From Gemmatimonadaceae bacterium (lineage in GTDB: Bacteria > Gemmatimonadota > Gemmatimonadetes > Gemmatimonadales > Gemmatimonadaceae): DNA of 23,473 nt. The translations under genes and the position numbers were made by a program. The DNA lies in contig JBGAJQ010000078.1 in NCBI GenBank assembly GCA_044224875.1, positions 1-23,473 of the forward strand. Reading direction: 5' to 3'. Under the pieces are notes generated by a model, which was not told the DNA's origin, ran no database searches, and saw nothing but the letters and a program-made list of their open reading frames with translations. This document shows, piece by piece, positions 19,499 to 23,473 of this stretch. The stretch's first letter is position 1, and each line of letters begins with the position of its first letter.

Positions 19499-21295
19499 TT
19501 GCAGTTAGATCGAATCCGCAACTTCTGCATCGTCGCGCACATCGACCACGGCAAGTCCACACTGGCCGACCGGTTGATCGAGGCCACCGCCACCCTCGAA
19601 AAGCGGGAGATGAAGGACCAGGTGCTGGACACGCTCGATCTGGAACGGGAGCGCGGCATCACGATCAAGCTGAACGCGGTACGTATGAGCTACCGGGCCA
19701 AGTCCGGTGAGCAGTATGAACTGAACCTGATCGACACGCCGGGACATGTGGACTTCACCTACGAGGTCTCCCGGTCGCTCGCCGCGTGTGAAGGCGCGAT
19801 CCTGGTGGTCGACGCGTCGCAGGGTATCCAGGCTCAGACGCTCTCTAACCTCTTTCTGGCGCTCGACGCCGGACTGGAGATCATCCCAGTCCTCAACAAG
19901 ATCGACTTGCCCGGCGCTGAGCCAGAGCGACGCAAGAAGGAGGTCCACGAACTGATTGGCGTCGCGGAAGAGGACATCCTGTTGGTGAGTGCCAAGGAAG
20001 GGCTCGGAATTCCGGAGTTGCTGGAGGCGATCGTGCGTCGCGTGCCGAGCCCCCGCGGTGAACCGGACGCAGCGCTGCGGGCGCTCATCTTTGACTCGTA
20101 CTACGACCGGTACCGTGGCGCCATCCCCAGCGTGCGCGTTGTGGACGGCGCGCTGCGCCCGGGCATGCATATCACCTTTGGCTCCAATGAGGCGCAATAC
20201 GAGGTGGCGGAGGTGGGCTACCTGCAGATTGGCCAGGTGAAGGCGTCGCAGCTGACGGCCGGAGAGGTCGGCTACGTGGTGGCAAACGTTCGTACGGTGC
20301 GCGAGACGCGCGCCGGCGACACCATCTTCGACGCTGAGAACCACGCCAAGGAGCCGCTTCCGGGTTACAAGGACGTCCACTCGATGGTGTTTGCCGGGAT
20401 CTACCCCACCGACACCACCCAGTACGAGAATCTTCGCGACGCCTTGTCAAAGTTGCAGCTGAATGACGCGTCGCTCAAGTACGAGCCCGAGACCTCGACC
20501 GCCCTCGGCTTCGGCTTTCGCTGCGGCTTTCTGGGGCTCCTGCACATGGAGATCGTGCAGGAACGACTGGAACGCGAGTTCAACCTGGACCTCGTGACCA
20601 CCGTCCCGAACGTCGAATACCACGTCACGTTCATGGACGGATCGCGGGAGCTGATCGAAAACCCCTCGAAAATGCCGGCACCCGGCACCATCGAGCGGAT
20701 CGAGGAACCCTACGTCAAGGCGCGAATCGTCGCCCGCTGAAGAGTACATCGGGCTGATCATGACGTTAGGCAACGAACGGCGCGGCGTGTATCATGGCAT
20801 GAGCTACATCGATACCCAGCGGGTGGAGTTCGTCTGGGAATTCCCGCTCGCCGAAATCGTCCTCGACTTCTACGATCGACTGAAGACGATCTCACGGGGC
20901 TACGCCAGCCTGGATTACGAACTGGGTGACTACCGGCCGAGCGACCTGGTCCGCCTCGACATGCTGATCAACGGCGACCCGGTGGACGCCTTCAGCGTGA
21001 TCATCCATCGCGACAAGGCCTACGACTGGGGCCGCAAGATCGCCGACAAGCTGAAGGAACTGATCCCGCGCCAGCTGTTCGAAGTGGCGATCCAGGCCGC
21101 GATCGGCAACAAGGTCATTGCCCGAACCACGGTGAAGCCCCTGCGCAAGGACGTCCTCGCCAAGTGCTACGGCGGCGACATCACGCGAAGCGAAAGCTCC
21201 TCGAGAAGCAGAAGGAAGGAAAACGCCGCATGAAGCAGGTGGGGGCGGTAGAGATCCCGCAGGAGGCCTTCCTGGCCGTGCTGCAGGTCGACTAG
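19499..21295 (+). CDS. lepA: Elongation factor 4 / LepA (two compensating frame breaks, +1 near 20736 and -1 near 21187)
   Basis: [71 protein letters not shown]. Second frame: EEYIGLIM...GYASLDYE...[15 protein letters not shown]...[15 protein letters not shown]. Third: [38 protein letters not shown]. Span 1797 nt = 598 aa + stop. TTG start. Confidence 0.97.
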
Positions 21296-22153
21296 TCGCG
21301 CGTCCCCGGAGGCGTTGGTGCGGGCGTCGCGAACACAGCCAGCACAGTGACGTTGTCCGCACCGCCGCCCGACAAGGCCTCTTGTAGGAGCTGGCGGCTC
21401 GTCGACTCAGCGCTCTGCCGTTGGCCCAACACCTCGCCAATGCGTTCATCGCTCGTGCCGCGTGAGGCCGTCGGTGCAGAGCAGGATCGCATCGCCCGGC
21501 GTAAGGTCGATCAGGCCGACGGTCGGCGAGACCTCGGGACCGCCGATCGCACTGGTGAGTGTATTGGCGGGCCCCGGTCGCGCCGCCTGTTCGGCGGTCC
21601 AAGCGCCCGCCGACACCATGTATTCGCCGAGTGTCTGGTCCCTGGTCAGTCGTTGCAGCCGACCGCCGCGCATGACGTACGCTCGACTGTCGCCGACATG
21701 AACGAAGTACGCGCGAGGCCACGCCAGCAACACCATGGTTAGGGTGGTGGCCGGTGCGCCCCCGGAACTCCCAAACTCCTCGAGCAGGCGTCCGTGTGCG
21801 ACCTGCACGGACTCCTCGAGCCGGTCGATGAGATCCATCTCTTGACTGGCGTCCAGTCCATGAAAGCAGCCCGCGGCGCGCCCCAGGTACTCGAGGAGGC
21901 TGGCCACGGTGGACTCCGACGCCAGCTCGCCACCCGCCCGGCCACCCACACCGTCCGCCACGGCAAAGACGTTCGCGCTGGAGGCGCCAAAGTGGCCGGC
22001 CATGGCGGATTCGGGGACACTCGTCTGTCGCACGTCCACCGCTTTTCGAATGCTCGCAATGACGAAATGATCTTCGTTCGTGTCGCGCACCAGTCCACGG
22101 TCGCTGACGCCAAACGCGTCTAGTACCACCTCGGGAGGGCTCACCGGCGGCAT
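21292..22153 (-). CDS. PP2C/PPM family Ser/Thr protein phosphatase (frame break near 21454)
   Basis: [42 protein letters not shown] and [10 protein letters not shown]. The end (SDERIGEVL...[10 protein letters not shown], last metal-binding Asp motif) is in the 21292..21492 frame. ATG 22153 lies 2 nt after the GTPase stop. Confidence 0.9.
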
Positions 22154-22155
22154 CG

Positions 22156-22662
22156 TTAGGTATCCTGTGTGGCGGCGACGCGTTCGGCGAGCCACTGAAA
22201 CATGGCATCCACGCCGTCACCGGACTTGGCGCTGGTACGAAGCACGTGCCAGTCCTCCTGCCCGGCAATTCCCCGGTCGTCCGCAGGCAACGTCCACTCG
22301 CTCACGAGATCCGACTTGTTGAGCGCGAGGACCGAGGGAACCGTGCCGATCGCGCCGAGCACGCGCTCGCGTATGGCTCGCGTTTCCTGGAGCGTGTCTG
22401 CACGCGTGCCGTCGACCACATAGATGAGTCCCGCCGCGCCCTTCAAGTAGCTGGTGTTCACATCGTGGTGCGCATCCCGCCCCTCCAAGTCCCAGAGCAT
22501 GAGGTGCACGTCACGCCCTCCGAGCGAAACCTCCTTGCGATCGATCTTCACGCCGACCGTGCTCAGGTACCTTGGGGAAAAGATCGAGCGCACGTAGCGC
22601 TGCACGAGGCTCGTCTTCCCCGTGCCAAACACGCCAACCATGCAGATCTTCTTCTGGATCAT
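22156..22662 (-). CDS. Stand-alone Rab-like (Ras superfamily) small GTPase, 168 aa
   Basis: KKICMVG, G1 GVFGTGKTS, G2 YLSTVGV, G3 LWDLEG, SYLKGA, G4 NKSD and G5 TSAK. No C-terminal Cys prenylation motif. Confidence 0.9.
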   Translation of the reverse strand: MIQKKICMVGVFGTGKTSLVQRYVRSIFSPRYLSTVGVKIDRKEVSLGGRDVHLMLWDLEGRDAHHDVNTSYLKGAAGLIYVVDGTRADTLQETRAIRERVLGAIGTVPSVLALNKSDLVSEWTLPADDRGIAGQEDWHVLRTSAKSGDGVDAMFQWLAERVAATQDT

Positions 22663-22773
22663 CCGGGAGAGTCGTTGGGGAACGCGGAACGGGCCTCAAG
22701 GTACCGCCGCAACTGGTTCGCGGCCATCCGGCCTCTCTTCAGGCTCCCGTACGATGCTAGCTTGAACCGCCGC

Positions 22774-23473
22774 ATGCCATCGTCACCCAGTCCCGCCTCC
22801 AGGTCACTCGTCATCCAGACGTCCTTTCTCGGTGACGTCGTGCTCACGACGCCGCTCTTGGCGGCGTTGGCGGAGCGCGGCCCCGTCGACGTGGTCACCA
22901 ACCCCGCGGGCGCCGCCCTGCTCACTGGCAACCCGCACGTTAGGCGGGTCGTACCCTACGACAAGCGGGGTGTCCACGCCGGCTGGGGCGGCCTGCGTGC
23001 GGTGGCGCGCATGGTCGCCGCCGAATCGCCCGACGATGTGGCGTACCTGGCGCAGGGATCATTGCGGAGCGCGGTATTGGCCTTGGTGGCAGGGTATCGT
23101 CACCGGGTGGGCTTTCAGACGTCCGGCGGGCGTCTGCTCTATTCCTCGCAGGTTCCGTATGTCGCGACCGGACATCATGCGGAGCGCCTGTTGCGGCTGG
23201 CGACCCGAAGCGGTGAGCCGAATGCCGACGCCGTGAGACCTCGCCTGTACCCTGGAGCAGAGGAACACGCCGCCGTCGACGCCCTGCTGGCAACCGCTGG
23301 CGCGCAGGGAGAACCGTTGATCGCGCTGGCGCCTGGGAGCGTGTGGGCGACCAAGCGGTGGCCGTACTATGCCGACCTTGCCAGGCGCCTAACGACTATT
23401 GGCCGCCTGGTCGTGATCGGCAGTACGGCCGATCGCGGGTTAGCCCAGGAGATCGTCGACGCCACCTTTGGGG
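22774..23473 (+). CDS. waaF: Glycosyltransferase family 9 LPS heptosyltransferase (WaaF/RfaF-like), 3' truncated by the window edge
   Basis: Absent from the ORF track because it has no stop in the window. Hand translation from ATG 22774 is open to the end: SLVIQTSFLGDVVLTTPLLAAL...LLTGNPHVRRVVPYDK...SLRSA...RVGF...HHAER...IALAPGSVWATKRWPYYADLA. Exact acceptor specificity within GT9 is uncertain. Confidence 0.88.
   Translation, partial: MPSSPSPASRSLVIQTSFLGDVVLTTPLLAALAERGPVDVVTNPAGAALLTGNPHVRRVVPYDKRGVHAGWGGLRAVARMVAAESPDDVAYLAQGSLRSAVLALVAGYRHRVGFQTSGGRLLYSSQVPYVATGHHAERLLRLATRSGEPNADAVRPRLYPGAEEHAAVDALLATAGAQGEPLIALAPGSVWATKRWPYYADLARRLTTIGRLVVIGSTADRGLAQEIVDATFG

Noticed and set aside
20730..20762. 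Selenocysteine or stop read-through at lepA TGA 20738-20740, or a genuinely split lepA
   Set aside because: The conserved sequence continues in a different frame. Removing one base restores ARIVAPEEYIG, so this is an indel, not read-through.
22659..23293. Short ORFs listed over the last 800 nt
   Set aside because: The region is explained by the open GT9 frame from 22774, which the track omitted because it has no stop in the window.

Overview
GC-rich bacterial chromosomal segment made mostly of core genes; gene content and order suggest Gemmatimonadota, which is an inference. Left to right: 3' end of a TPR/membrane protein (+); a very acidic 120-aa protein and typA (-); a 65-aa Gly/Tyr-rich ORF (+); pilT with a duplicated N-terminal domain plus an overlapping tandem-domain hypothetical gene (-); a CDF metal exporter (-) divergent from a HlyC/CorC (CNNM-CBS) protein (+); a long minus-strand run DUF58 - BatA/vWA - mfd - lipoprotein PPIase - SurA-like PPIase - pdxA; a secreted DUF4384-like protein (+); lepA (+); a Rab-like small GTPase coupled to a PP2C phosphatase (-); and the 5' part of a GT9 heptosyltransferase (+) that the ORF track omits. 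Five genes (pdxA, surA-like, the other PPIase, lepA, PP2C) carry seven frame breaks that look like sequencing or assembly indels. I found no CRISPR array, tRNA, rRNA, transposase, phage or defence gene. Best novelty candidates: the Rab-like GTPase/PP2C pair, the double-N-domain PilT module, the poly-acidic protein behind typA and a pseudoknot-capable region upstream of lepA. None is proven novel from sequence alone.
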